Shown: positions 8,458 through 17,662 of the stretch, one piece after another
How the letters are laid out: each line of letters opens with the position of its first letter
How positions within the stretch are numbered: position 1 is the first letter of the stretch
Assembly (NCBI GenBank): GCA_030603275.1
Contig: JAUVYB010000007.1
Coordinates: 2,264 to 66,263, forward strand
Direction: 5' to 3'
Source: Deltaproteobacteria bacterium
GTDB taxonomy: Bacteria; Chloroflexota; Dehalococcoidia; Dehalococcoidales; BS750m-G39
DNA length: 64,000 nt
Notes under the pieces: generated by a model
Database searches by the model: none
What the model was told of the DNA's origin: nothing
Seen by the model: the letters and a program-made list of their open reading frames with translations, nothing else
Translations under genes and position numbers: made by a program

Positions 8458-9309
8458 ATGGAGATTAAAAAGGTCGGTGTAATTGGCTGTGGTTCCATGG
8501 GCGCGGGCATCACTCAGCTCTGCGCTCAGTCGGGCTACCAGGTGGTGGTATCGGAGATAAATGATGAGCTTTTAAAGCGGGGGATGGGGTTTATTGATAA
8601 GGTGCTGAGCAGGAGCGTGGAGAAGGGCAAGCTCTCCCAGGCGGATAAGGATGCCATAATGGGCCGTATTAAGGGCACCACCAGTACCGGGGATTTTGCC
8701 GACTGCGACCTGGTGATTGAAGCCGCCATCGAGAATCTGGATTTAAAGAAAAAGATATTTGCCGAGCTGGATGGAATCTGTCCCCCCCATGCCATCCTGG
8801 CCACCAATACTTCCTGCCTTTCTATCATCGATATGGCGATGGTTACCAAGAGGCCGGATAAGGTTCTGGGGCTGCATTTCTTCAATCCGGCGCCGGTTAT
8901 GAAGCTGCTGGAAATCGTCAAGACTATTGCCACCAGTGATGAGGTGCTTGAGACCAGCCAGAAATTCGGCGAGTCCCTGGGTAAGACCAACGTTACTGCT
9001 CAGGACGCGCCGGGCTTTATCGTCAACCGGCTCTGGCTACCCTTCCTGCTGCACAGTATAAAGCTCTATGAGGACGGCGTCGCCAGCCGGGAGGATGTCG
9101 ATAATGCTATACAGCTGGGGCTGGGTTACCCGATGGGGCCGCTCACCCTTGCCGATATGGTCGGGATTGACGTGGTCAAGTTTGTCTCTGATGCGCTCTA
9201 CGAGCAGCTTAAGGACCCGAGGTATATTGTGCCGACGCTGGTGGACAAGATGGTTGCCGCCGGCTGGCTGGGGCGCAAGACGGGCAAGGGCTTCTACGAT
9301 TACAAGTAG
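8458..9309 (+). CDS. hbd: 3-hydroxybutyryl-CoA / 3-hydroxyacyl-CoA dehydrogenase
   Basis: 283 aa. N-terminal Rossmann VGVIGCGSMGAGI and FFNPAPVMKLLEI typical of Hbd/FadB_N. Confidence 0.85.
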   Translation: MEIKKVGVIGCGSMGAGITQLCAQSGYQVVVSEINDELLKRGMGFIDKVLSRSVEKGKLSQADKDAIMGRIKGTTSTGDFADCDLVIEAAIENLDLKKKIFAELDGICPPHAILATNTSCLSIIDMAMVTKRPDKVLGLHFFNPAPVMKLLEIVKTIATSDEVLETSQKFGESLGKTNVTAQDAPGFIVNRLWLPFLLHSIKLYEDGVASREDVDNAIQLGLGYPMGPLTLADMVGIDVVKFVSDALYEQLKDPRYIVPTLVDKMVAAGWLGRKTGKGFYDYK

Positions 9310-9372
9310 GTCCCCCCATCTGCATTAAGCCTGATATAGAAATAATCAGCAGGACGAGAAGGAGGCAGTTTT

Positions 9373-10653
9373 ATGTCTGAAGTGGTCATTGTCAGCGGGG
9401 TAAGAACGGCTATAGCTAATTACGGCGGGGCGCTAAAGAATACCCCCGTGGTTAAGCTGGGTAGTATTGTTATCAGGGAGGCGCTCAAAGCAGCCGGGCT
9501 GCGCCCTAAAGTGGACGCCGAGGTGCTTGGCTACGCCCCTGAGGCGTTTAAGGGCGATGGCCTGATTGAGCTGGAGAAGAAATACGCCGACTGGGACAGC
9601 TCGTTAAAAGAGGTCAGTATAGACGAGGTGATAATGGGTAATGTCCTCCAGGCGGGGCAGGGGCAGAATACCGCCCGCCAGGCGGCTATATACGCCGGCA
9701 TACCCAAGGAGGTAAATGCCTACACCGTGAACAAAATCTGTGCCTCGGGGATGAAGTCGGTGGCTTTAGCCGCCCAGGCAATCAAGGCGGGCGATGCCGA
9801 GATTATCGTGGCCGGGGGCCAGGAGAACATGAGTGCCGCCCCTTACTATATGCCCGCCGCCCGGTGGGGAGCCCGGATGTTCAACGCCGAGATGGTCGAC
9901 GGCATGGTCTACGACGGCCTCTGGGAGATATTCTATAACTACCATATGGGGCTGACCTCGGAGAGCATCGCCGAGAAGTACGGCATAACCAGGCAGGAGC
10001 AGGATAAGCTTTCCCTGCTGAGCCAGGAGAGGGCGCTGGCGGCGATAAAGAATGGCATATTTAAAGAAGAGATAGTGCCGGTGGAGGTCAGGGTGAAGAA
10101 GGAGGTCAAGCCCTTTGATACCGATGAGCACCCCAGGGAGACCTCGTTGGAGGCCCTGGCCAAGCTGCCCACCGTCTTTAAAAAGGACGGGTCGGTGACC
10201 GCCGGTAACGCCTCCGGGATAACCGACGCCGCCGCCGCCCTGGTGGTGATGTCGGCGGAGAAGGCCAAGGCCCTGGGGTTAGAGCCGATGGCAACGATTA
10301 GGTCTTACGCCTCCGGCGGAATTGACCCGGCCTATATGGGGATGGGGGCGGTTCCGGCCACCAGGAAGGCGCTGAAGTTAGCCGGACTTAAGCTGAGTGA
10401 TATAGAGTATGTTGAGCTAAACGAGGCCTTTGCCTCTCAGGCCATCGGGGTGATGAAAGACCTGGGGCTTGGCGTTGATAAGGTTAACGCTCATGGCAGC
10501 GGCATCTCGCTGGGGCACCCCATAGGCTGTACCGGCGCCAGGATTCTGGTTACCCTTGCTCATGAGATGATGCGTAAAGATTACAAGCTGGGTCTGGCGA
10601 CACTGTGCATCGGCGGCGGGCAGGGGATGGCAGTAGTTCTGGAGAGAAAATAG
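9373..10653 (+). CDS. Acetyl-CoA acetyltransferase (thiolase II) with an N-proximal insertion
   Basis: 426 aa. Active-site contexts NKICASGMKS, GNASGITDAAAA, NAHGSGISLGHPIGCTGAR, CIGGGQG. Confidence 0.9.
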   Translation: MSEVVIVSGVRTAIANYGGALKNTPVVKLGSIVIREALKAAGLRPKVDAEVLGYAPEAFKGDGLIELEKKYADWDSSLKEVSIDEVIMGNVLQAGQGQNTARQAAIYAGIPKEVNAYTVNKICASGMKSVALAAQAIKAGDAEIIVAGGQENMSAAPYYMPAARWGARMFNAEMVDGMVYDGLWEIFYNYHMGLTSESIAEKYGITRQEQDKLSLLSQERALAAIKNGIFKEEIVPVEVRVKKEVKPFDTDEHPRETSLEALAKLPTVFKKDGSVTAGNASGITDAAAALVVMSAEKAKALGLEPMATIRSYASGGIDPAYMGMGAVPATRKALKLAGLKLSDIEYVELNEAFASQAIGVMKDLGLGVDKVNAHGSGISLGHPIGCTGARILVTLAHEMMRKDYKLGLATLCIGGGQGMAVVLERK

Positions 10654-10661
10654 GGCTATTT

Positions 10662-10832
10662 TCAGCGCTTTTCGTAATCGGGGCACCAGGTGGCGTTGGG
10701 ACGTTCCGGGCGGTGGCATGAGCTGCGCCAGTTCCACTTGCAGCTGTCACAGATGACGATTTTCATTCCCAGCATCTGCTTCAGTCTTAATTTAAAGTTA
10801 TGACCCCAGGGGGGTTTTGTCCTGCCCCGCAT
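10662..10832 (-). CDS. Small Cys-rich hypothetical protein (56 aa; could start internally at 10766, giving 34 aa)
   Basis: Own translation: MRGRTKPPWGHNFKLRLKQMLGMKIVICDSCKWNWRSSCHRPERPNATWCPDYEKR*. SD-like GGGAG lies 8-10 nt upstream. It is below the ORF-track length cut-off. Confidence 0.3.
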   Translation of the reverse strand: MRGRTKPPWGHNFKLRLKQMLGMKIVICDSCKWNWRSSCHRPERPNATWCPDYEKR

Positions 10833-11011
10833 CTTTAATCTCCCTTAAAAAGCCGTTTCTAGTTTAACAGACCAGGTGACATCAGGCAATAACGGTGCCT
10901 TGGTGAGTTCCTTGTGCCTTGGTGAGTTCAAGGTATTCCTCTACAAATGCAATTGTGCTAAAATAGGGCGAGATTGGGCTTAAGGTTTAAGTTATTAAGG
11001 TTTAAGTTATC

Positions 11012-11992
11012 ATGGCTGTCCCCAGAATACGGAAAAAAAAGGCCGGCGCTGAGGTTGAAACAGGCGCCGAGATGAAGCTGCATGTAGAGTCGGTCACTGC
11101 GGAGGAGCTGACCTGGGTTAATATTGAGGAGCCGACCAGGCTGGAGACGGATTACCTGGCGCAGAGCTACCCCTTCCACCCCCTGGATTTGGACGACTGT
11201 CTCAGCCGCATTCAGCGGCCGAAGATAGACGTCTATGACGACTACCTGTTCCTGGTCTTCCATTTTCCCGTATTCAACCCCGAGGCGAGGGTGACTACCC
11301 CCAGCCAGGTATCGGTGTTTATCGGCCAGGGCTACCTGATTACCCTGCATAAGGGCGACCTTAAGCCGCTGGTCAAGCTGTTCAACCAGTGCCAGACCGA
11401 TGAAGAGATAAGGCAGGAGCACTTCGGCCAGGGTTCCGGCTACCTCCTCTACCGCATAATTGACCGGCTGGTTGACTACTGTATCCCCATACTGAATAAG
11501 ATTGGCGTTAATATTGAGGAGGTGGAGGATAATATCTTCTCGGAGAGTATGCGGGGCACGGTGCGGGAAATCTCCACCCTGCGGCGGGATGTCATCTCCT
11601 TCCGCCGCATTATCTGGCCGATGAGGGCGGTTATCGGCAGTATGGAGTCCAAGATTCGCCGCTTTACCAAGATGGATATGGAGGTCTACATCGGTGATAT
11701 GACCGACCACGTCGATAAGCTCTGGGACGCCCTGGATGAATATAAAGAGATAATCGAGGGCTTAAGCGATACCCATGATTCCCTGGCGACCAATCGCACC
11801 AATGAGGTGGTGCGGGTGCTGACCACCATCGCTACTATCCTGCTGCCCCTGACCGTGGTCGCTTCGCTTTACGGCATGAATATCCCCCTGCCTTTCCAGA
11901 GTTCCCCCTTTTCCTTCGTGCTGGTCTTCGTGGTCTGGATAGTTATTGCCTGCGGGATGCTCTATTTCTTCCGCCGTAAGCGCTGGATCTAG
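11012..11992 (+). CDS. corA: Magnesium/cobalt transporter CorA
   Basis: 326 aa. YGMNIPLPF (GMN motif) before the last TM helix. Confidence 0.9.
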   Translation: MAVPRIRKKKAGAEVETGAEMKLHVESVTAEELTWVNIEEPTRLETDYLAQSYPFHPLDLDDCLSRIQRPKIDVYDDYLFLVFHFPVFNPEARVTTPSQVSVFIGQGYLITLHKGDLKPLVKLFNQCQTDEEIRQEHFGQGSGYLLYRIIDRLVDYCIPILNKIGVNIEEVEDNIFSESMRGTVREISTLRRDVISFRRIIWPMRAVIGSMESKIRRFTKMDMEVYIGDMTDHVDKLWDALDEYKEIIEGLSDTHDSLATNRTNEVVRVLTTIATILLPLTVVASLYGMNIPLPFQSSPFSFVLVFVVWIVIACGMLYFFRRKRWI

Positions 11993-11993
11993 G

Positions 11994-12629
11994 ATGGTTC
12001 TAGCAGTATTAGCCACACTGTTCGTTACCTGTTTGATTACCGCCAATATCATCACCGTCAAGCTTATTGCCATTGGCGGCTGGATTGTCCCCGCCGGAGT
12101 AATCGCTTATCCCCTGACCTTCCTGTTCACCGATGTCATTGCCGAGCTTTACGGGAGAAAAGTAGCCTCCAGGGTTGTCTGGCTGGGTTTCGGCGCCAGT
12201 ATACTGATGGTGATACTGGTAGTCGGCGGACGATTGCTGCCGCCGGCTTCGTTCTGGGAGGGGCAGGCGGCTTATGAGTCCGTGCTGGGCATGGTGCCCC
12301 GGATTGTCCTGGCTTCGATGATTGCCTACCTGGTGAGCCAGCACCACGATGTTTTTGCCTTCCACTTCTGGCGGGAGAAGACACGGGCAAGGTTCCTGTG
12401 GTTGCGCAATAACGCCTCGACGATGGTGTCCCAGGCGCTTGATACCGGGCTGTTCATCACCATCGCTTTCTGGGGGATGGTGCCTAATAGCGTCCTGGTG
12501 AATATGCTCATTACCCAGTATGTGATTAAGCTGGGTATAGCCGCCCTGGACACGCCGTTCTGTTACCTGCTGGTTTATTTCCTGAAAAATAAAATTAAGC
12601 CGCTGGCCGGTGCCGAAGCGGCGGCTTAG
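11994..12629 (+). CDS. Queuosine-precursor transporter family protein (YhhQ/DUF165, VUT family)
   Basis: The track ORF starts at 11946 inside corA. ATG 11994 (MVLAVLATLFVTCLITANIITVKL...) lies 2 nt after the corA stop. Polytopic; the PLTFLFTDVIAELYG motif is present. Confidence 0.75.
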   Translation: MVLAVLATLFVTCLITANIITVKLIAIGGWIVPAGVIAYPLTFLFTDVIAELYGRKVASRVVWLGFGASILMVILVVGGRLLPPASFWEGQAAYESVLGMVPRIVLASMIAYLVSQHHDVFAFHFWREKTRARFLWLRNNASTMVSQALDTGLFITIAFWGMVPNSVLVNMLITQYVIKLGIAALDTPFCYLLVYFLKNKIKPLAGAEAAA

Positions 12630-12642
12630 GGATTGACTGAAA

Positions 12643-13413
12643 ATGAATATTCGGGTTTTAGGCGCTCACAACTGCGAAAGGCAGAACCGGAGGCTGGTCA
12701 GCCTGCTGATTGACGGTGTCCTGGCCATAGACGCCGGCTCCCTCACCTCCAGCCTGTCGCTGGAAGAGCAAAAGAAAATTAAGGCCATACTGCTCACCCA
12801 CCAGCATTATGACCACGTCAGGGACATCCCGGCCCTGGGCATGAGCCTTTTCCTGGGCGGCGCCGCCACCCGGATTTACTCCATCCCGGCGGCGCTCGAT
12901 GCTCTGGCCAGACACCTTTTGAATAACGAGATTTACCCCGATTTCCGGCAGAAGCCGGAACAAAATCCCACGCTTGGTTTTACTATTATAGAGCCGCATA
13001 AGGCGGAGACGATTGAGGGCTACACCGTCCTGGCGGTGCCGGTTAATCACAGCGTCCCCACCGTGGGCTACCAGGTGACCGCCGGCGACGGTAAGTCGGT
13101 GTTCTATACCGGGGATACCGGCCCGGGCCTGGCCGACTGCTGGCGGCATATTTCGCCGCAGCTGCTTATCATCGAGGTTACGGCGTCGGATAAGTATGCC
13201 GGGTGGGTGGCCGGCGCGGGACACCTCGCCCCCAGCCTGTTGAAGCAGGAGCTGGAGAGTTTTCAGAAGGTCAAGGGCTATCTGCCCCGGGTGGTAGCGA
13301 TTCACATGAGCCCGGACCTGGAGGGGGAGATAACCGCCGAGCTGGTAGTGGTGGCTAAAGAGCTGGGCTGTTCCATCACTGTTGCTAAAGAGGGGATGGA
13401 GATTAATATTTAA
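12643..13413 (+). CDS. MBL-fold metallo-hydrolase
   Basis: 256 aa with the HxHxDH motif LTHQHYDHVRD. Confidence 0.8.
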   Translation: MNIRVLGAHNCERQNRRLVSLLIDGVLAIDAGSLTSSLSLEEQKKIKAILLTHQHYDHVRDIPALGMSLFLGGAATRIYSIPAALDALARHLLNNEIYPDFRQKPEQNPTLGFTIIEPHKAETIEGYTVLAVPVNHSVPTVGYQVTAGDGKSVFYTGDTGPGLADCWRHISPQLLIIEVTASDKYAGWVAGAGHLAPSLLKQELESFQKVKGYLPRVVAIHMSPDLEGEITAELVVVAKELGCSITVAKEGMEINI

Positions 13414-13600
13414 AAGTGGGGGAAATCCCCCTTGTTCCCCCTTTATGAAAGGGGGAGAGAATTTTAAAAAAAATAGTGGGGTGGGGGGAGGTAAAAACGG
13501 GGTGTTTAAGAGGGGTGTAACCCCTCTTTACCGCAAAGGGTGGCGGGTGGGAATAGATAAAAAAATGGGGTGGGGAAAAGATAAAAGTGGAGGGTGGGGC
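13414..13600. repeat. Mosaic hairpin repeat locus R2
   Basis: Hairpins GGGGGaaatCCCCC and CCCCCTTTatgAAAGGGGG. Module B AAGAGGGG-tgtaa-CCCCTCTT (13505-13528). An inverted module-A core aaagggtggcgggtgggaatagataa follows. Confidence 0.85.
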
Positions 13601-14080
13601 ATGGCAGACACCCCGAAGTTCATTGTTGACTGCAATGTGGGCAAGCTGGCCCGGTGGCTGCGGCTCATGGGTTACGATGCCCGCTTCTTCGATGGCGACG
13701 ATGATTCCGAGCTGGTGGCTATGGCTAAAGCCGAGGGGCGGGTTATCTTAAGCCGGGATACCCGCATTATGAAGCGGCGGTTGATAACCAGCGGCCAGGT
13801 CAAGGCGGTGCTTATCGACAGCGACCAGCCGGAGCGGCAGATTCACCAGGTAATAGATACCCTGGGGCTGGACAGCCGCTTCAGGCCGTTTACTATCTGC
13901 CTGGAGTGCAATCAGCCCCTGGTGGAGAGGGGTAAAGATGAGTTGGCCGAGCTGGTGCCGCCCTATGTGTTTAAGACCCAGAATTATTTTATGCAGTGCC
14001 CTAATTGCCAGCGCCTCTACTGGCGGGGGACACACTGGCAGTCAATGACCCGAAAGCTGGAGAAGCTCAGGGGCGAATAA
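13601..14080 (+). CDS. Mut7-C RNase domain / DUF82 (PIN-like plus zinc ribbon) protein
   Basis: ATG 13601: MADTPKFIVDCNVGKLARWLRLMGYDARF.... C-terminal CLECN...CPNCQRLYW zinc ribbon. The track's longer N-terminus (from 13382) is translated repeat DNA. Confidence 0.75.
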   Translation: MADTPKFIVDCNVGKLARWLRLMGYDARFFDGDDDSELVAMAKAEGRVILSRDTRIMKRRLITSGQVKAVLIDSDQPERQIHQVIDTLGLDSRFRPFTICLECNQPLVERGKDELAELVPPYVFKTQNYFMQCPNCQRLYWRGTHWQSMTRKLEKLRGE

Positions 14081-14300
14081 GGGGATTAGCCCGATTTTTA
14101 GAGTGCGTTTTGCTTCCCACCCTCCCGCCCTACAGAGGTGATACTTCTATAAATTTCTTCTCAGGGGGTGGGATTCCGGATTTTCTCCTCACCACTGGGG
14201 TGGGGTAGAAAAGGGAGTCTAAGAGGGGCGAAGCCCCTCTCTTACCTATATTCCCCCTTCCCTTCTTGATGAGGGAAGGGGGTAAGGGGGATAGGTTTCC
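14081..14300 (+). repeat. Mosaic hairpin repeat locus R3 (full A-B-C element)
   Basis: Module A: agcccgatttttagagtgcgttttgcttcccaccctcccgccctacAGAGGTgatACTTCTat. Module B: AAGAGGGGC-gaa-GCCCCTCT. Module C: CCCCCTTCCC-ttcttgatga-GGGAAGGGGG plus taagggggataggtt. Confidence 0.9.
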
Positions 14301-14381
14301 CAATATACCCTTGACCATATTAAACTATATTGCTACACTTCAAATTGAAACTATTATTTAAACTATTAGAGGGGGAGAGCC

Positions 14382-15146
14382 ATGACTTATAAGAATATAC
14401 TGGTAGAGAAGAAGGAAGGGGTGGCCAAGATTACCATTAACCGGCCGCCGCTAAATATCCTGGATATTGACACCCTGGAGGAGATGAGCCGGGCGCTGGC
14501 CGAGCTTAAAACAGATGACGAGGTTAAAGTAGTGGCCGTTACCGGAGCCGGTCAGAAAGCCTTTTCCGCCGGCGTGGCCGTCGGGGACCACCTGGGTAGT
14601 AAGCTGCCCCGGATGGTTGAGGTGTTTAACAGGGTGTTTATCTCATTAGTCGAGGTGGATAAGCCTACCATCGCCATCGTCAACGGGGTTGCCCTGGGCG
14701 GGGGCTGCGAGATAGTGGCTGGCTGTGACATGGCGGTGGCCTCGGAGGAGGCGAAGCTGGGACAGCCTGAGATTAAGCTGGGGGTATATCCGCCTCCGGC
14801 CACGGTGCTCTTCCCCAGAATCCTGGGCAGGCGGAAGGCTTTTGAGCTTATCCTCTCCGGCGATAGCATCGACGCTAAAGAGGCGGAGAGGATTGGCCTG
14901 ATAAATAAAGCCGTGCCCGCCGGTGAGTTGGAGGAGGCGGCTGATGAGTTTATCAAGCGGTTCACGGCTAACAGCGGGTTGACCCTGACCCAGGCACGGC
15001 AGGCGCTTTACCGTAATTTTGACCTTGAATTCCGTCAGGCCATGGATGTCACCGGGGTCGACGCTACCCTGGTAATGGCCGGGGAGAACAGCGTGGAGGG
15101 GCTGACCGCTTTCATGGAGAAGCGAAAGCCGATCTGGATAAGATAA
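14382..15146 (+). CDS. Enoyl-CoA hydratase/isomerase family protein (second paralog)
   Basis: 254 aa. GVAKITINRPPLNIL..., AFSAGV..., NGVALGGGCEI. Confidence 0.8.
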   Translation: MTYKNILVEKKEGVAKITINRPPLNILDIDTLEEMSRALAELKTDDEVKVVAVTGAGQKAFSAGVAVGDHLGSKLPRMVEVFNRVFISLVEVDKPTIAIVNGVALGGGCEIVAGCDMAVASEEAKLGQPEIKLGVYPPPATVLFPRILGRRKAFELILSGDSIDAKEAERIGLINKAVPAGELEEAADEFIKRFTANSGLTLTQARQALYRNFDLEFRQAMDVTGVDATLVMAGENSVEGLTAFMEKRKPIWIR

Positions 15147-15160
15147 GGGGGAGTTAGTAT

Positions 15161-16720
15161 TTGAAGATTCTGACGGCGAGCCAGATACGCCAGCTGGAGG
15201 AAAGCTGCGCTAAGAGCGGCCTGTCCAGCGACAGGCTCATGGAGAATGCGGGCATGGCGGTGGCCGGGGAGGCCAAGCGCATTCTGGGGGGCATTGATGG
15301 GCAGCACGTCCTGTTTCTTATTGGGCCGGGTAATAACGGCGGGGATGGGCTGGTGGCCGCCCGCCACCTGCATGACTGGGGGGCCAGGGTTACCGTCTAC
15401 CTGCTGGGGCGTAGAGGGGACGATGACCCCAACCTGAAGCTGGTTCGGGAGCGGGACATCGGCTGTGTGGAGGCGGCTAAAGATGAGGGGCTGAGCCAGT
15501 TTAATGATTCTCTGGCATCGGCCGACGCCGTTGTCGACGCCCTGTTCGGCACCGGCACCGCCCGACCCTTTAGCGGTAATATTCTGTCGGTACTGGACAG
15601 GGTGAATAAGGCTAGAAAGAAGCGTCCAAAATGGCGTATTATAGCGCTGGACTTGCCCTCGGGGATTAACGCTGACAGCGGGGCGGTTGACCCGGCGACA
15701 CTCTATGCCGATTACACGATAACCCTGGGCTGTCCCAAGCCGGGCCTGTTCAATTTCCCCGGGGCGGAAAGGGTAGGTAAGATAACCGTGGCTGATATTG
15801 GTATGCCCGAAAATATGGCTGAAGAAGCCAACTCGGAGTATCTCACCGGCGAGTGGGTTCGCTCGGTTCTGCCCGAGCGTCCCCTGCAGGCCAATAAAGG
15901 CAGCTTTGGACGGGTGCTGGTGGTGGCCGGCTCGATGAAATATATCGGCGCCGCCTACCTGGCCTGCAGCGGGGCTATACGGGTGGGGGCGGGGCTGGTA
16001 ACACTGGCGGCAACCCCCACTCTACAGTCTATCCTGGCTTCAAAGCTGACCGAGGTGACCTATCTCCCTCTGCCCGAATCCCGTCCCGGCGCTGTTTCCC
16101 CGGAAGCGGTCCGGTTGATATCCCAGCAGTTTGAGAGTTATAATGTCCTGCTCCTGGGCTGCGGGCTGGGGCAGAGCCAGGCGGTGGTAAAGCTGGTGCG
16201 GTCTATCCTGCTTGCCAAACAGCGAGTGGAATTACCGGCTTTGGTACTTGATGCCGACGCCCTCAACACCCTGGCTGATACCCCCCGGTGGTGGCAGCAG
16301 CTGACCACCGATGCTATACTTACCCCGCACCCCGGAGAGATGGCCCGGCTGACCGGAACGGCGGTAGCCGAGATACAGGCCGACCGTCTGGGAGCGGCCA
16401 AGAAGTGGGCGGTGGAATGGAACAAGACCGTCGTTCTTAAAGGGGCCTATACCGTTATCGCCTCTCCGGAGGGTAGAACCGTAATCAGCCCCGTGGCCAA
16501 TCCCGGGCTGGCTTCGGCGGGAAGCGGGGATGTTCTGACCGGCGCCATCGCCGGACTGGCGGCACAGGGGCTGCCGCTTTTTGAGGCGGCCGCCGGCGGG
16601 GTGTACCTCCACGGGGAGGCCGGTGAGCTGGTCAGGGACAGGCTGGGCGATGCCGGCATGATTGCCAGCGACCTTCTGCCGGAACTGCCCGTGGTTATTA
16701 AAAATTTAAAGGAAACTTAA
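15161..16720 (+). CDS. nnr: Bifunctional NAD(P)H-hydrate repair enzyme (epimerase / ADP-dependent dehydratase)
   Basis: 519 aa with a TTG start. YjeF_N (GPGNNGGDG) plus carbohydrate-kinase-like C-terminal half (GSGDVLTG). Confidence 0.9.
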   Translation: MKILTASQIRQLEESCAKSGLSSDRLMENAGMAVAGEAKRILGGIDGQHVLFLIGPGNNGGDGLVAARHLHDWGARVTVYLLGRRGDDDPNLKLVRERDIGCVEAAKDEGLSQFNDSLASADAVVDALFGTGTARPFSGNILSVLDRVNKARKKRPKWRIIALDLPSGINADSGAVDPATLYADYTITLGCPKPGLFNFPGAERVGKITVADIGMPENMAEEANSEYLTGEWVRSVLPERPLQANKGSFGRVLVVAGSMKYIGAAYLACSGAIRVGAGLVTLAATPTLQSILASKLTEVTYLPLPESRPGAVSPEAVRLISQQFESYNVLLLGCGLGQSQAVVKLVRSILLAKQRVELPALVLDADALNTLADTPRWWQQLTTDAILTPHPGEMARLTGTAVAEIQADRLGAAKKWAVEWNKTVVLKGAYTVIASPEGRTVISPVANPGLASAGSGDVLTGAIAGLAAQGLPLFEAAAGGVYLHGEAGELVRDRLGDAGMIASDLLPELPVVIKNLKET

Positions 16721-16726
16721 AGCGCC

Positions 16727-17494
16727 ATGTTATTAGCGGTTGATATCGGTAATACCAGCACCACCCTGGGCGTCTTTGACGGCGAGGAGCTGCGCGCCAC
16801 CTGGCATATGGCTACTGGCGTCCACCGCATGTCGGATGAATACGCCGCCCTGCTGTTTAACCTGCTGCGCCAGCAGGGCCTGGAGACCAGTGATATTAAG
16901 GCGGTGGCCCTGTGCAGTGTCGTCCCGCCGCTGATATCGACCTTTGAGGAGCTTTTTAAGCGCTATTTCAATATCGAGCCGCTGGTGGTGGGGACGGGGG
17001 TTAAGAGCGGGGTGAGCATCCGGATGGATAACCCCAGGGAGGTGGGTGCCGACCGCATCGCCGATGCCGCCGCCGCCCACCATCTCTACGGCGGGCCGGT
17101 AATCGTTATCGACCTGGGCACCGCCACCACCTTCGGCATTATCTCCAAAGAGGGAGACTACATCGGCGGTATTATCGCCACCGGCATAGCCACCGCCGCC
17201 GAGGCGCTGTTCACCCGGACGGCGCAGTTGCCCCGTGTGGAGCTGGCCCCCCCCAAGCACGTCATCGGCACCAACACGGTGGCGGCCATACAGTCGGGGA
17301 TTATCTACGGCTACGCCTCGCTGGTCGAGGGGATGCTGTCCCGCATCCAGAAGGAGCTGGGGGTAAAGGCTAAGGTGATAGCTACCGGCGGCTACGCCGG
17401 ACTCATCGCTAAAGAAACCCGGGTAATTGATGTGGTAAATCCCGACCTGACCCTGATTGGGCTGAGGCTTATCTACGAGATGAATAAGGGCTAG
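16727..17494 (+). CDS. coaX: Type III pantothenate kinase
   Basis: 255 aa. MLLAVDIGNTSTTLGVF and GADR motifs. Confidence 0.9.
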   Translation: MLLAVDIGNTSTTLGVFDGEELRATWHMATGVHRMSDEYAALLFNLLRQQGLETSDIKAVALCSVVPPLISTFEELFKRYFNIEPLVVGTGVKSGVSIRMDNPREVGADRIADAAAAHHLYGGPVIVIDLGTATTFGIISKEGDYIGGIIATGIATAAEALFTRTAQLPRVELAPPKHVIGTNTVAAIQSGIIYGYASLVEGMLSRIQKELGVKAKVIATGGYAGLIAKETRVIDVVNPDLTLIGLRLIYEMNKG

Positions 17495-17660
17495 AGGGCG
17501 TTTATCTACCCACCCTGACCCGCCCTACAGAGGCGGTGCCTCTAAAACTCCCTTGAATGGGGGTGGGGTGAAAGGAAGTTTAAGAGGGACGGAGTCCCTC
17601 TTCAGAAAAAATCTTCCCCTTCCCCTTGTTAAGGGGAAGGGGATACAGGGGATGGGGTTA
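17495..17660 (+). repeat. Mosaic hairpin repeat locus R4 (diverged full A-B-C element)
   Basis: Module A core: tacccaccctgacccgccctacAGAGGCggtGCCTCT. Module B: AAGAGGGAC-gga-GTCCCTCTT. Module C: CCCCTTCCCCTT-gtt-AAGGGGAAGGGG plus atacaggggatggggtta, ending 2 nt before the coaBC ATG. Confidence 0.85.
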
Positions 17661-17662
17661 CA

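Noticed and set aside
13382-13600. N-terminal 73 residues of the track ORF 13382..14080 (G/K/W-rich)
   Set aside because: This part is a translation of repeat locus R2. A proper ATG at 13601 starts the conserved Mut7-C/DUF82 sequence.
14130-14318. Short ORFs lying wholly in repeat DNA (14130..14318, 14005..14208, 28928..29182, 33419..33730, 37647..37856, 42385..42702, 42960..43241, 43073..43258)
   Set aside because: Their peptides (P/S/L/G-rich, e.g. ...SPPLSPSPL..., ...FIEVSPL...) recur because the DNA repeats recur. They have no SDs, and they overlap hairpin modules on either strand.
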